From an uncultured Lachnospiraceae bacterium (lineage in GTDB: Bacteria > Bacillota > Clostridia > Lachnospirales > Lachnospiraceae), in NCBI GenBank assembly GCA_900553355.1, contig USDK01000002.1, positions 3,500-67,499 of the forward strand: a stretch of DNA of 64,000 nt, read 5' to 3'. The number at the start of each line of letters is the position of its first letter. The stretch's first letter is position 1. The position numbers were made by a program, and so were the translations under genes. Positions 1 to 11,397 of this stretch are shown here, piece by piece. The notes beneath the pieces were generated by a model that was not told where the DNA came from, made no database searches, and was given only the letters and a program-made list of their open reading frames with translations.

Positions 1-1
1 C

Positions 2-637
2 ATGATCGAGCAGGAGCAGGGCGAACTGCCGCCGCTGGAAGAGCCTGTGGCGGATCTCCTTAAGGAAGTCGCCGAGGAGGAAGAAAAGGAAGAGGAAAGC
101 TTCCAGGAAGAGAAAAAGGAAGAGCATCCGAATAAGGAAGAGAAAAAACACGGCTGGCGTGATTATCTGCTGCGCCGGATCCGTAAGCCGGAGGGAAAGA
201 AGCAGGAAGAAAAGCTTCAGGAGGAAGAACCGGCAGACGAAGTCCCGGCAGAGCCGGAGACCCAAGAAGCAGAAATCCGCGATCCTGAACCGGTGGCAGA
301 GGCTGTGACAGAAGATTATGTTCTGGAAGAGGAAGAGCCTTTGATCATAGAAGAAGAGCCAGAGAAGATGAGCGCCGAAGAGGAGGCGCTGGCAGAGCTT
401 CAGGAGTTTACCGCAGAGGAAGAGGATCTGGAAAAGGGCGATGTAAATCCTTATACAGGAAGAGAATACAAAAGCAACAGTGTCCGGATGCATCCGACCC
501 GTATCGGCTATGTACAGGTGTATGACAGAGGGACACATGCTTGGACGGATATGACGGAATGGGCATTCCTTGGATATCAGGAGCGTAAGAAGGCGCTGCT
601 TGGAAAGGACTATGTGCCGCCGATCTATCTGGACTAG
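2..637 (+). CDS. Glu-rich hypothetical protein (probably 5'-truncated by the window edge)
   Basis: ORF begins at the window edge; long acidic low-complexity region followed by a ~65-aa aromatic-rich C-terminal segment; ends 14 bp before dgt. Confidence 0.7.
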   Translation: MIEQEQGELPPLEEPVADLLKEVAEEEEKEEESFQEEKKEEHPNKEEKKHGWRDYLLRRIRKPEGKKQEEKLQEEEPADEVPAEPETQEAEIRDPEPVAEAVTEDYVLEEEEPLIIEEEPEKMSAEEEALAELQEFTAEEEDLEKGDVNPYTGREYKSNSVRMHPTRIGYVQVYDRGTHAWTDMTEWAFLGYQERKKALLGKDYVPPIYLD

Positions 638-651
638 AGAGGGCATTCAGA

Positions 652-2079
652 TTGAATTGGGAACAGTTGTTATCGACAAAGAGAAGAAGAGAAGGCGCAG
701 GAAAAGCGCGCCGGTATAAAGGTACAGATCTGAGAAGTGAGTTTGAGAAAGATTATCACCGGATCATAGGCAGCGCGTCTTTTCGCCGCCTGCAGGATAA
801 GACGCAGGTATTTCCGCTGGATAAAAGTGATTTTATCCGTACAAGACTTACCCATTCTCTGGAAGTGTCTTCCTTTGCCAAGTCACTGGGGCAGAATATC
901 GGGGAAAATATAATAGAGTATAAGAAAGATTTAAGTTTCAATGCGCGGATGAAGGAAGATATCTGCCATATTCTTGAGTGCGCAGGACTGATTCATGATA
1001 TCGGGAATCCGCCCTTTGGACATTTTGGAGAGATTGCGATCCGTGAGTGGTTCCAGAGAAATCTTCCTACACTGACCTATCATGAGAGAGCTTTGGATCA
1101 GGTGCTGACACCTCAGATGAGGGAGGATTTTTATCATTTTGAAGGAAATGCACAGGCCTTGAGGCTGGTAAGCAAGCTTCATTTTCTGGTAGATGAAAAT
1201 GGAATGAATCTGACTTATGCTCTTCTTGGCACGATTATAAAATATCCCGTTTCCTCCCTTGGCATCGATCCGGATTCCGGCGATATCAAGACGAAAAAGA
1301 TGGGATATTACCTGGCGGATCAGGAGATTTACGAAGAGGTGGCAAAAGAGACCGGGACTAATGGATGCCGGCACCCACTGACCTTCATTCTGGAGGCGGC
1401 CGATGATATTGCCTATAAGACGGGCGATATTGAGGATGCCTTTGTGAAAGGCTTTATCAGCTATGCCCAGCTCCTGCGGGAATTAAAAGATCTGCAGGTA
1501 CGGTATGATAAGAATAAGGAAGCCGCATTCCAGGCGGCGGATAAGCTGGAGGAATATTACCGGCGCGGCCTTGAAAAAGGAGTGGCGGATCCGGAGGAGT
1601 ATGCGGTAAAGAACTGGATCGTCCGCGTACAGGGATTTCTGATCGGCTGCGCAACGTTTGGGTTTACTTCTAATTATAAGGAGATCATGGCGGGAACCTA
1701 CCGCTATGACCTTTTCCATCAGACATTTGCAGAGAAATTGATGGAGCTTCTGGGAGATCTGGCCTACCGGAAGGTGTTTACGTCTGAGACGATTTACCGG
1801 ATGGAAGTAAAAGAGGCAGTGATCCTGAACGATCTGATGGATCAGTTTATGAAGGCGGTCATCAAGTATGATGATCCTTCGCAGACATTGAACTCCATCG
1901 AACAGAGAATGGTATATTTTATTTCCAGTAATTATAAAAATGCATATCATTTTCATGCAAAGGGCAGGACAGATGTAGAGAAGCTGTATCTGAGGCTTCT
2001 TCTGGTGACAGACTATATCTGCGGAATGACGGACAGCTATGCAAAAAGGCTGTACCAGGAATTGAAAGCGATGCTCTAG
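652..2079 (+). CDS. dgt: Deoxyguanosinetriphosphate triphosphohydrolase (HD domain)
   Basis: Motifs FRRLQDKTQVF, RTRLTHSLEV, HDIGNPPFGH, EGNAQ, DDIAY, DYICGMTD; TTG start after GAGAGGG. Confidence 0.93.
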   Translation: MNWEQLLSTKRRREGAGKARRYKGTDLRSEFEKDYHRIIGSASFRRLQDKTQVFPLDKSDFIRTRLTHSLEVSSFAKSLGQNIGENIIEYKKDLSFNARMKEDICHILECAGLIHDIGNPPFGHFGEIAIREWFQRNLPTLTYHERALDQVLTPQMREDFYHFEGNAQALRLVSKLHFLVDENGMNLTYALLGTIIKYPVSSLGIDPDSGDIKTKKMGYYLADQEIYEEVAKETGTNGCRHPLTFILEAADDIAYKTGDIEDAFVKGFISYAQLLRELKDLQVRYDKNKEAAFQAADKLEEYYRRGLEKGVADPEEYAVKNWIVRVQGFLIGCATFGFTSNYKEIMAGTYRYDLFHQTFAEKLMELLGDLAYRKVFTSETIYRMEVKEAVILNDLMDQFMKAVIKYDDPSQTLNSIEQRMVYFISSNYKNAYHFHAKGRTDVEKLYLRLLLVTDYICGMTDSYAKRLYQELKAML

Positions 2080-2142
2080 GCATATTTCCGGATACTGGGG
2101 AATAGATTGTGATAAATGAACCAGTATGAAGGATGTGGAAGA

Positions 2143-2991
2143 TTGAAACGATTTATTCGTTATTTGTACGAGTATGAGCAGGGGAAGCGGCTTCGGAACG
2201 TAGGATTCATAAAGGCAGAGCAGGGAATGGACGAATGCGTGCTCCATATCCATGGCAAGGGCCTTGGCCTTAATGGAGAAAAGGTTCTGAAGCTGTATCT
2301 GTTTTATGTAGACGGCAGTGAGTGCGTCGGGATATGGCAGGGGGATGCGCAGCATGTGAACCCTGCCATTAATTACCGGATGTATTATACCAGCGAAGAT
2401 ACCGGAGGTCAGGAAATCTTTGACAGGATCGATGGAATCATCCTGGAGACAGCGGACCAGAGGAGGTTTGCCGCAGTCTGGGATGATACACCTGTCAATA
2501 TCGGAAACATGCGGATCTGGGATCCGGAGAAGGAGGCTGCCGCGGAGGAGGAAACGATTCCGGAAGAAGAGGACGTCCTGAAAGAAGAGACTGCGCCTGC
2601 AGAACAGGAGCCACTTTTGGAAGAGGAAAAGGAAACGGCGGCAGCAGAGGAAAAGAGACAGGTTTTTTTCTGTCAGAAGATCCAGAGAAATGAGCTGGCG
2701 AAGCTGCCCCGATGTGAATGGAAGCTTTCCAATAACAGCTTTCTTCTGCATGGATATTATAACTATCATCACCTGATGCTTCTGGATGATGGAGAGTGGC
2801 TGCGCCTGGGCGTGCCGGGGCTGTTTCATCCCAAAGAGGCAAAAGCAGCGCAGGCATTTGGATTTCCGGAGTTTATCAGGCGCAGGGATATCGAAGTGGA
2901 ATTAGAAGACGAAGAACAGGAGGACGAAGAAAAGTTCGGATACTGGTGCCGGTGTGTAAAGAGAAAGGCGGCGCCGTGTTCTTGTTCGTAG
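2143..2991 (+). CDS. Conserved clostridial hypothetical protein (DUF6128-like)
   Basis: C-terminal NNSFLLHGYYNYHHL...LGVPG...FGYW signature; TTG at 2143 follows GAAGGA (ATG at 2116 is an alternative start). Confidence 0.65.
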   Translation: MKRFIRYLYEYEQGKRLRNVGFIKAEQGMDECVLHIHGKGLGLNGEKVLKLYLFYVDGSECVGIWQGDAQHVNPAINYRMYYTSEDTGGQEIFDRIDGIILETADQRRFAAVWDDTPVNIGNMRIWDPEKEAAAEEETIPEEEDVLKEETAPAEQEPLLEEEKETAAAEEKRQVFFCQKIQRNELAKLPRCEWKLSNNSFLLHGYYNYHHLMLLDDGEWLRLGVPGLFHPKEAKAAQAFGFPEFIRRRDIEVELEDEEQEDEEKFGYWCRCVKRKAAPCSCS

Positions 2992-3006
2992 AATAGGAGA
3001 GTACAG

Positions 3007-3519
3007 ATGGAAGACTGCAAAAAGGATGAAAAATACATGAGAGAGGCTATCCGTCAGGCAAAAAAGGCCTATGCGCTGGGTGAGGTGCCGATCGGATGTG
3101 TGATCGTATATCAGGATAAGATCATCGGCAGGGGATATAACCGCCGGACCATCGATAAGAATACGCTGGCACATGCAGAGATGATCGCAATCAGGAAGGC
3201 CAGTAAAAAAATGAATGACTGGAGACTGGAAGAGTGTACCATGTATGTGACGCTGGAACCATGCCAGATGTGTGCAGGCGCCATTGTTCAGTCCAGGCTC
3301 ACCAGAGTTGTGGTAGGGTGCATGAATCCGAAGGCGGGATGTGCAGGATCGATCCTGAATCTCCTGCAGATGAAAGAATTTAACCATCAGGCAGAGCTTC
3401 AGACGGGAGTTCTGGGAGAAGAATGCAGCCAGATGATGAAAAACTTTTTCAAAGAGCTGCGTGAAAAGAAAAAAATCGTGCATTGCGCTTCGAACGCAGA
3501 TTCACAGACGTTACCTTGA
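3007..3519 (+). CDS. tadA: tRNA adenosine(34) deaminase
   Basis: GEVPIG, HAE, TLEPCQMC zinc-deaminase motifs; AGGAG RBS. Confidence 0.95.
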   Translation: MEDCKKDEKYMREAIRQAKKAYALGEVPIGCVIVYQDKIIGRGYNRRTIDKNTLAHAEMIAIRKASKKMNDWRLEECTMYVTLEPCQMCAGAIVQSRLTRVVVGCMNPKAGCAGSILNLLQMKEFNHQAELQTGVLGEECSQMMKNFFKELREKKKIVHCASNADSQTLP

Positions 3520-3739
3520 CAGTTGACTCAGCTCAGGCGCCCTTACGGCACCCGGAAGATTCCGCTTAGTGCTGCTTCGTTCCCGACCTGACACGGTTCA
3601 CGGATTTCCGTCGCGTAAGACCCAAGCCTCAATGCCACTTATCAAGGGCAGCTCTGCAAAGCTGTGCCCTCCGCGCAATATCACCCCTGCTATAGCGGAT
3701 TGCAGGTACAAGGTACCGCTAACACCCCGGCTGCACGAG
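3476..3739 (-). ncRNA. ffs: Large (Alu-domain-containing) bacterial SRP RNA
   Basis: Minus strand contains the SRP helix-8 motif CCGTGTCAGGTCGGGAACGAAGCAGCACTAAGCGG and an Alu-like GCGGTACCTTGTACCTGCAATCCGC; 5' TCGTGCA pairs with 3' TGCACGA; ~265 nt long. Confidence 0.93.
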
Positions 3740-3744
3740 CCTTA

Positions 3745-3773
3745 ATTTTACCCTATTTTGGAGGAAATGTCAA
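3745..3773 (-). promoter_or_regulatory. Sigma-A promoter of the SRP RNA
   Basis: Minus strand TTGACA (3773-3768), 17 bp, TAAAAT (3750-3745), just upstream of the predicted RNA 5' end. Confidence 0.85.
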
Positions 3774-3777
3774 GAAT

Positions 3778-5520
3778 ATGAGGATACTTTTGACAGCAAT
3801 CAATGCGAAGTATATTCATTCGAATCTTGCCGTGTATAGTCTGAAAGCATATGCAGATGATCCACGCGTAGAGATTGCGGAATATACCATTAATCAGACA
3901 GAGGATGCGATCCTTGGGGATCTCTGGCGAAAGAAGCCGGATGTCCTGTGCTTTTCCTGTTATATCTGGAATATCGAATATGTGGAGCACCTGGTGCGAG
4001 AATACGCTAAGATCTGCGGTGAGACGGAGATCTGGCTTGGAGGTCCGGAGGTTTCCTACGATTCCCGGGAAGTTCTGGAAAGGCTTCCCCAGGTCAAAGG
4101 TGTGATGAAGGGCGAGGGAGAGGAGACCTTCGCCTGTCTTTGCAGGTCGTTTGAGGATGGGGCTCCCTTGGATGTAAAGAGGCGGGAAAAGGAGCTGGCC
4201 CGGATCAAGGGGATTTCTTTTCGCGGACTGGATGGAAGAATCGTGGAAAATCCATGGAGAGACCCCATTGACCTGAGCAGGATTCCGTTTGTCTATAAGG
4301 ATCTGGATATGTTTGCGCATAAGATCATCTATTATGAATCCAGCAGAGGCTGTCCCTTTTCCTGCAGCTACTGCCTGTCTTCCGTTGATAAAGCGCTCAG
4401 GTTCCGGGATCTGTCGCTGGTGAAAAAGGAACTGCTGTTTTTTATCAATCAGGAGGTCCCGCAGGTAAAATTTGTGGACAGGACCTTTAACTGTAATCAT
4501 GGACATGCCATGGAGATCTGGCGATATCTTCTGGAGCATGACAGGGGGAAGACAAACTTTCATTTTGAGATTGCTGCAGATCTTCTGAATGAGGAAGAGA
4601 TGTTACTGATCTCAAAGATGCGTCCCGGACTGATACAGCTGGAGATCGGCGTGCAGTCTGTGAATCCCCGGACCATACGTGAGATCCGGAGAAAAATGGA
4701 TCTGGAAAAGGTTAAAAATACGGTTGCAAGGATCCGGGAGAGCGGAAATGTGCATCAGCATCTGGATCTGATCGCCGGGCTGCCTTATGAGGACCTTAAA
4801 AGCTTCCGCCAATCTTTTGACGTGGTGTATGAAATGAAGCCGGACCAGCTGCAGCTGGGGTTCCTGAAGGTTTTAAAAGGATCGTACATGAAGGAGCAGG
4901 AAGAAGCGTACGGTTTGATCCATAAAAGCAGACCACCCTACGAGGTGCTTTTTACCAACTGGCTGTCCTATGGAGATGTGCGTCTCCTGAAAGGGGTGGA
5001 AGAGATGGTGGAGGTCTATTATAACAGCCGCCAGTTTACCCATACCATAGAATATATGGGAACATGGTTCTCTTCTGCCTTTGATATGTTTGAGAAGATG
5101 TGGAAATATTATGAAAGACAAGGCCTTCAGGAGATTCAGCACAAGAGGAGCGCAAGGTATGACATTCTCTTAAGTTTTATATCAGAAGAACAGCCCTGTG
5201 AAACAGGCAGGGCAAGAGAACTTCTGATATATGACTATTATCTCCGGGAAAACGCAAAGACGAGGCCGGCATTTGCAGGCGAGTACCAGGTGAGAAAAGA
5301 AGACGTGCGGGCTTTTTATGAAAGTGATAAAATAAGAGAAACATATCTTCCAGGGTATGCCGGCCGCGACAGAAATCAGGTAAGAAGGATGACGCACCTG
5401 GAATATTTCCCGTTGGCCGGACGATATGTCCTGTTTGATTATCTGGAAAGAAACCCATTGAATCAAGAGGCAAGAACCTGTATCATAGAAAGCAAAAAGG
5501 AGAAAAAAGATGAATTTTAA
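3778..5520 (+). CDS. B12-binding radical SAM protein (DUF4080-type C-terminus)
   Basis: ESSRGCPFSCSYC CxxxCxxC motif; N-terminal cobalamin-binding-like WLGGPEVS; ATG at 3778 after GGAGG. The ORF-track extension to 3664 runs through the SRP RNA and is rejected. Confidence 0.88.
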   Translation: MRILLTAINAKYIHSNLAVYSLKAYADDPRVEIAEYTINQTEDAILGDLWRKKPDVLCFSCYIWNIEYVEHLVREYAKICGETEIWLGGPEVSYDSREVLERLPQVKGVMKGEGEETFACLCRSFEDGAPLDVKRREKELARIKGISFRGLDGRIVENPWRDPIDLSRIPFVYKDLDMFAHKIIYYESSRGCPFSCSYCLSSVDKALRFRDLSLVKKELLFFINQEVPQVKFVDRTFNCNHGHAMEIWRYLLEHDRGKTNFHFEIAADLLNEEEMLLISKMRPGLIQLEIGVQSVNPRTIREIRRKMDLEKVKNTVARIRESGNVHQHLDLIAGLPYEDLKSFRQSFDVVYEMKPDQLQLGFLKVLKGSYMKEQEEAYGLIHKSRPPYEVLFTNWLSYGDVRLLKGVEEMVEVYYNSRQFTHTIEYMGTWFSSAFDMFEKMWKYYERQGLQEIQHKRSARYDILLSFISEEQPCETGRARELLIYDYYLRENAKTRPAFAGEYQVRKEDVRAFYESDKIRETYLPGYAGRDRNQVRRMTHLEYFPLAGRYVLFDYLERNPLNQEARTCIIESKKEKKDEF

Positions 5521-5614
5521 TAATAAAAGAACAAGAAGAATTGTGGCAATCCTGATCATAGCTGTGATTGTGGCGATGGTGGCGACAATGGTGATCCCAT
5601 ATCTGATGGTGTAA
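5510..5614 (+). CDS. Small single-pass membrane peptide, 34 aa (MNFNNKRTRRIVAILIIAVIVAMVATMVIPYLMV)
   Basis: AAGGAG RBS at 5497-5502; start overlaps the upstream gene end; basic N-terminus plus a 24-aa hydrophobic stretch; below the ORF-track size cutoff. Confidence 0.7.
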   Translation: MNFNNKRTRRIVAILIIAVIVAMVATMVIPYLMV

Positions 5615-5641
5615 GCGCGAAAAAGCGCAGGGGGAGGAAAG

Positions 5642-7156
5642 ATGTCGGAAAGCCGTCTGAAAAAAAGAATCCAGAGAAATAAAAAAAGAGCGCAGATGAA
5701 GAAGAAAAGGGCGCGCCTGCTGTGCGGCCTGGCTTTGTTATGCGTTTTTGGACTGTGCGGCGCCGTATATGGCATGCTGTATGCGTATGTCAACCGTTTC
5801 CCTGAGGATCAGATTCTGAGGAATGTCTATATCGGTCCGGTGGATGCTTCCGGGATGACAGCCAGGGAAGCGGCCCAGGCGATGGAGGATTACCGGCAGG
5901 AGCATCTGGCGGATCAGGTGACGATGAAAGTGGAAGATCAGTCTGCAGAGGCTACGCTGGATGAACTGGGACTGGAATATCGTGACACAGATCAGGTGGT
6001 GAGTCAGGCGGTAAGTTACGGAAAAGAAGGTTCCGTGATACAGAGGTTCCGGAGGATCCGCGCACTTTCTGATGGAAAGCATGTCATAAAGGAAGGGCTG
6101 CAGCTGGATCCGGAAACAGCGAAGAACGTCATGAATGAAAGGGCAGTTCCGCTTGCGGTGGGGGCTGAAAATGCATATATTGAGCGTACAGGCGAGGGGA
6201 CCTTTCAGGTAGTGAAAGAAAAAGAGGGATACACGGTAGATGTAGACGCCTCGATCAAGCGCATCGATCAATACCTGGAAGAGAACTGGAAACACCAGGA
6301 CTTTTCAATCGAGATGGTGCTGGTAAAAGAAGAACCAGTGATAACATCGGCAGACCTGTCTACGATTGAAGACGAGCTGGGAAGCTTTTCCACAGACGCC
6401 GGCGGCGGCGACCGGTGGCAGAACTTAAGCACCGGAGTTTCCAAATTGAACGGGACCATCCTGATGCCGGGAGAAAGCCTGTCTGTCTGCGATGCGACTG
6501 CGCCCTACGATGCGGAGCACGGGTATGTAGAGGCTGGATCCTATGAAAATGGACAGGTGGTGGATTCCTACGGCGGAGGGATCTGTCAGGTATCGACGAC
6601 TCTGTATAATGCCGTTCTGAATGCAGAGTTACAGGTAGATCAGCGCTATCCCCACTCCATGCTGGTGAACTATGTAAAGCCGTCCCGGGACGCGGCGATC
6701 GCAGAAGGGATCCTGGACTTTGTATTTACCAATAACTATGATACTCCGATTTATATTTCAGGAGAGATTGATGGGGCAAATCAGCTGCGTTTTGCAATCT
6801 ATGGGAAGGATACGCGCCCGGAAGGACGGACGGTAGAATATGAAAGTGAAGTCCTGGAGACGGAAGAGTATGGCATTACATACCAGGAGGACCCGGATGC
6901 GGCTCTTGGCAGTATGCAGTATTCCGGAAGCCCTCACACTGGCACGACAGCCCAGTTGTGGAAAGTGGTATATCAGGATGGTGTGGAGGAATCCAGAGAG
7001 GTCATTAACCATAGCGTTTATGAAAAGTCAGATCAGATCATCCTGGTAGGAACTTCCTCGGATGATCCGGCAAAATCCCAGGTAGTCCGGGACGCCATTG
7101 CTTCCCAGGATCAGGCTGCGATCAACGCAGCCATCAGCCAGGCGCAGTCGTTGTGA
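5642..7156 (+). CDS. VanW-family membrane-anchored cell-envelope protein with G5-like C-terminus
   Basis: N-terminal basic region plus TM helix; GGGICQVSTTLYNA and HSMLVNYV...RDAAI VanW motifs. Confidence 0.88.
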   Translation: MSESRLKKRIQRNKKRAQMKKKRARLLCGLALLCVFGLCGAVYGMLYAYVNRFPEDQILRNVYIGPVDASGMTAREAAQAMEDYRQEHLADQVTMKVEDQSAEATLDELGLEYRDTDQVVSQAVSYGKEGSVIQRFRRIRALSDGKHVIKEGLQLDPETAKNVMNERAVPLAVGAENAYIERTGEGTFQVVKEKEGYTVDVDASIKRIDQYLEENWKHQDFSIEMVLVKEEPVITSADLSTIEDELGSFSTDAGGGDRWQNLSTGVSKLNGTILMPGESLSVCDATAPYDAEHGYVEAGSYENGQVVDSYGGGICQVSTTLYNAVLNAELQVDQRYPHSMLVNYVKPSRDAAIAEGILDFVFTNNYDTPIYISGEIDGANQLRFAIYGKDTRPEGRTVEYESEVLETEEYGITYQEDPDAALGSMQYSGSPHTGTTAQLWKVVYQDGVEESREVINHSVYEKSDQIILVGTSSDDPAKSQVVRDAIASQDQAAINAAISQAQSL

Positions 7157-7194
7157 CCAGAACCTGACGATGTATTTGGAAAGGAAGAAGTGTT

Positions 7195-7767
7195 GTGGAA
7201 ATCAAAAGTCAAAAACGAGAGGAACGGACAGATAAGCTCCGGACAGGATGGAAAATTCTGCTGACCGGATGGATCGGCCTGGATGGGATGCTATGTATCC
7301 TGGAGAAAAAACAAGAAGAGTTGAGACAAAGATTTGCGCCGGCCTTCCTTATGCAGGCGGAGGCTCATGGGCGAGATGAAAAATGCTGTTCCACAGAAGA
7401 AATGGAGGAGCTTACAGATGCGTTTGTCCTTCCTGTCGGGGAAGGTGGAATCCTGGCTGCACTCTGGAATCTGGCGAAAGAGACCGGAACAGGAATTGCT
7501 TTGGATATGAAAAAGTTTTCTATTTTGCAGGAGACCATAGAAGTCTGTGAGATGTACCGGCTGAATCCCTATCAGCTTCGCTCCGGAGGATGCTTTCTGG
7601 TTGTGACAGACCAGGAGAGCCGGGTGAAAAGGAGCCTGGAAGCAAAAGGAATAAAGGTCTCTGTAATTGGTGAAATTACCGATAATAACGATAAAGTGAT
7701 CCGGAATGGAGAGGATTTAAGGTATATTGACCGTCCTGCGCCGGATGAATTGGCAAAAATCTTGTAA
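7195..7767 (+). CDS. AIR synthase-related protein (C-terminal domain only)
   Basis: GEGGILAALW, ETIEVCE..LNPYQLRSGG, VIGEIT motifs; GTG start. Confidence 0.75.
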   Translation: MEIKSQKREERTDKLRTGWKILLTGWIGLDGMLCILEKKQEELRQRFAPAFLMQAEAHGRDEKCCSTEEMEELTDAFVLPVGEGGILAALWNLAKETGTGIALDMKKFSILQETIEVCEMYRLNPYQLRSGGCFLVVTDQESRVKRSLEAKGIKVSVIGEITDNNDKVIRNGEDLRYIDRPAPDELAKIL

Positions 7768-7829
7768 AAAATCAATAAATTTAGTAAATATTAGAGAAAA
7801 AAATGATATATCTTTAACAAATGTGTATA

Positions 7830-7858
7830 TTGACGAGCGCCCTTCATTTATTTAAAAT
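7830..7858 (+). promoter_or_regulatory. Sigma-A promoter of trmL
   Basis: TTGACG, 17 bp, TAAAAT. Confidence 0.65.
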
Positions 7859-7880
7859 ATTGATAAAAGGAGGGCGCCGT

Positions 7881-8372
7881 ATGTTTAATATCGTATTGCT
7901 TGAGCCAGAAATTCCGTCAAATACTGGTAATATCGGACGGACCTGTGTGGCGACCGGCACAAGGCTTCATTTAATTGAGCCGCTTGGCTTCCGGCTGAAT
8001 GAAAAAAATCTGAAGCGTGCAGGTATGGATTACTGGGATGATCTGGATGTGAAAACTTATATTGATTATGCAGATTTCCTGGAACAGAATCCGGGAGCAA
8101 AAATCTATATGGCAACCACCAAAGCGGCAAAGGTCTATACAGAAGTCCGGTATGAACCGGGCTGTTATATTATGTTCGGAAAAGAGAGCGCGGGTATACC
8201 GGAAGAGATTTTGGTGCAACATAAAGAGGACTGCGTGAGGATTCCAATGATCGGTGAAACCCGTTCGCTGAATCTGGGGAATTCAGCGTCCATTATTCTA
8301 TATGAAGCGCTTCGCCAGAATCAGTTTGAAGGGCTGAATCTGGAAGGACATTTACACAGATTAGAATGGTAA
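7881..8372 (+). CDS. trmL: tRNA (cytidine(34)-2'-O)-methyltransferase
   Basis: PEIPSNTGNIGRTC, KRAGMDYW, FGKESAG, RSLNLGNS SPOUT motifs; AAGGAGG RBS before ATG at 7881. Confidence 0.93.
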   Translation: MFNIVLLEPEIPSNTGNIGRTCVATGTRLHLIEPLGFRLNEKNLKRAGMDYWDDLDVKTYIDYADFLEQNPGAKIYMATTKAAKVYTEVRYEPGCYIMFGKESAGIPEEILVQHKEDCVRIPMIGETRSLNLGNSASIILYEALRQNQFEGLNLEGHLHRLEW

Positions 8373-8406
8373 AATGCAAGATTTATTGTTTGATTATTCA
8401 TTGCGC

Positions 8407-8435
8407 TAGACTTTTGTTAAAAATCATATTATAAT
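8407..8435 (+). promoter_or_regulatory. Putative sigma-A promoter of the V-ATPase operon
   Basis: TAGACT, 17 bp, TATAAT. Confidence 0.55.
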
Positions 8436-8477
8436 CGTAACTACAGGACAAGGCTGAGAGAGGTGGTGAACAGACAA

Positions 8478-8786
8478 ATGGTAGAAGAGACCATTAAAAC
8501 CATCAAGGAGACAGAGCGCGAGGCTGAGGACATCATAAAAAAGGCTGATGCCGAGTGCGCCGGGATTCTTGAGGAGGCGTCAAAAAAGGCTGCTGATATC
8601 AGGGAAAAGGCAGTCCAGGACGCAAGGGCGCAGGCTGAAGCTCGTCTGTTGTCGGCAAAAGAAGTTGGAGAAAGAACGGTGCAGGAGGCTTTGAAAGTTA
8701 CGCAAAGCGAAATTGCATCTTTGAAGAGGGCAGCGCTTGAAAAAGAAGAAGAAGCTGTATCTGCGGTGATCGCGGACCTCGTCTGA
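8478..8786 (+). CDS. V/A-type ATPase peripheral stalk subunit G/H (NtpF-like)
   Basis: Charged coiled coil (IKETEREAEDII); first gene of the operon. Confidence 0.8.
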   Translation: MVEETIKTIKETEREAEDIIKKADAECAGILEEASKKAADIREKAVQDARAQAEARLLSAKEVGERTVQEALKVTQSEIASLKRAALEKEEEAVSAVIADLV

Positions 8787-8843
8787 CTTGTTTTGGTTTA
8801 GAAAAAGAAGCCAGAAAAATAAGAAAGAAGGAGGGATGAGGCT

Positions 8844-11347
<2,504 letters not shown>

Positions 11348-11397
11348 TTACCGTATAAATTAATGTAATAGAAATCAAAAAAGGAGTGCAAGGGTTT

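Noticed and set aside
2..440. GAA/GAG-rich stretch as a tandem repeat array
   Set aside because: Reflects Glu/Lys-rich coding sequence; no fixed repeat unit
652..2079. dGTPase as an anti-phage defence gene
   Set aside because: Sits in a housekeeping context next to tadA with no defence or mobile neighbours; cannot be distinguished from ordinary dgt by eye
1483..2829. 448-aa minus-strand ORF
   Set aside because: Antisense shadow of dgt and the DUF6128-like gene; no recognisable motifs
3664..3777. N-terminal extension of the radical SAM ORF
   Set aside because: Overlaps the SRP RNA and its promoter; a good RBS and ATG exist at 3778
5642..7156. VanW plus ddl as a vancomycin-resistance cluster
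   Set aside because: No vanH/X/R/S nearby; ddl is 53 kb away beside murF and keeps the YENKY omega-loop Tyr typical of D-Ala-D-Ala ligases
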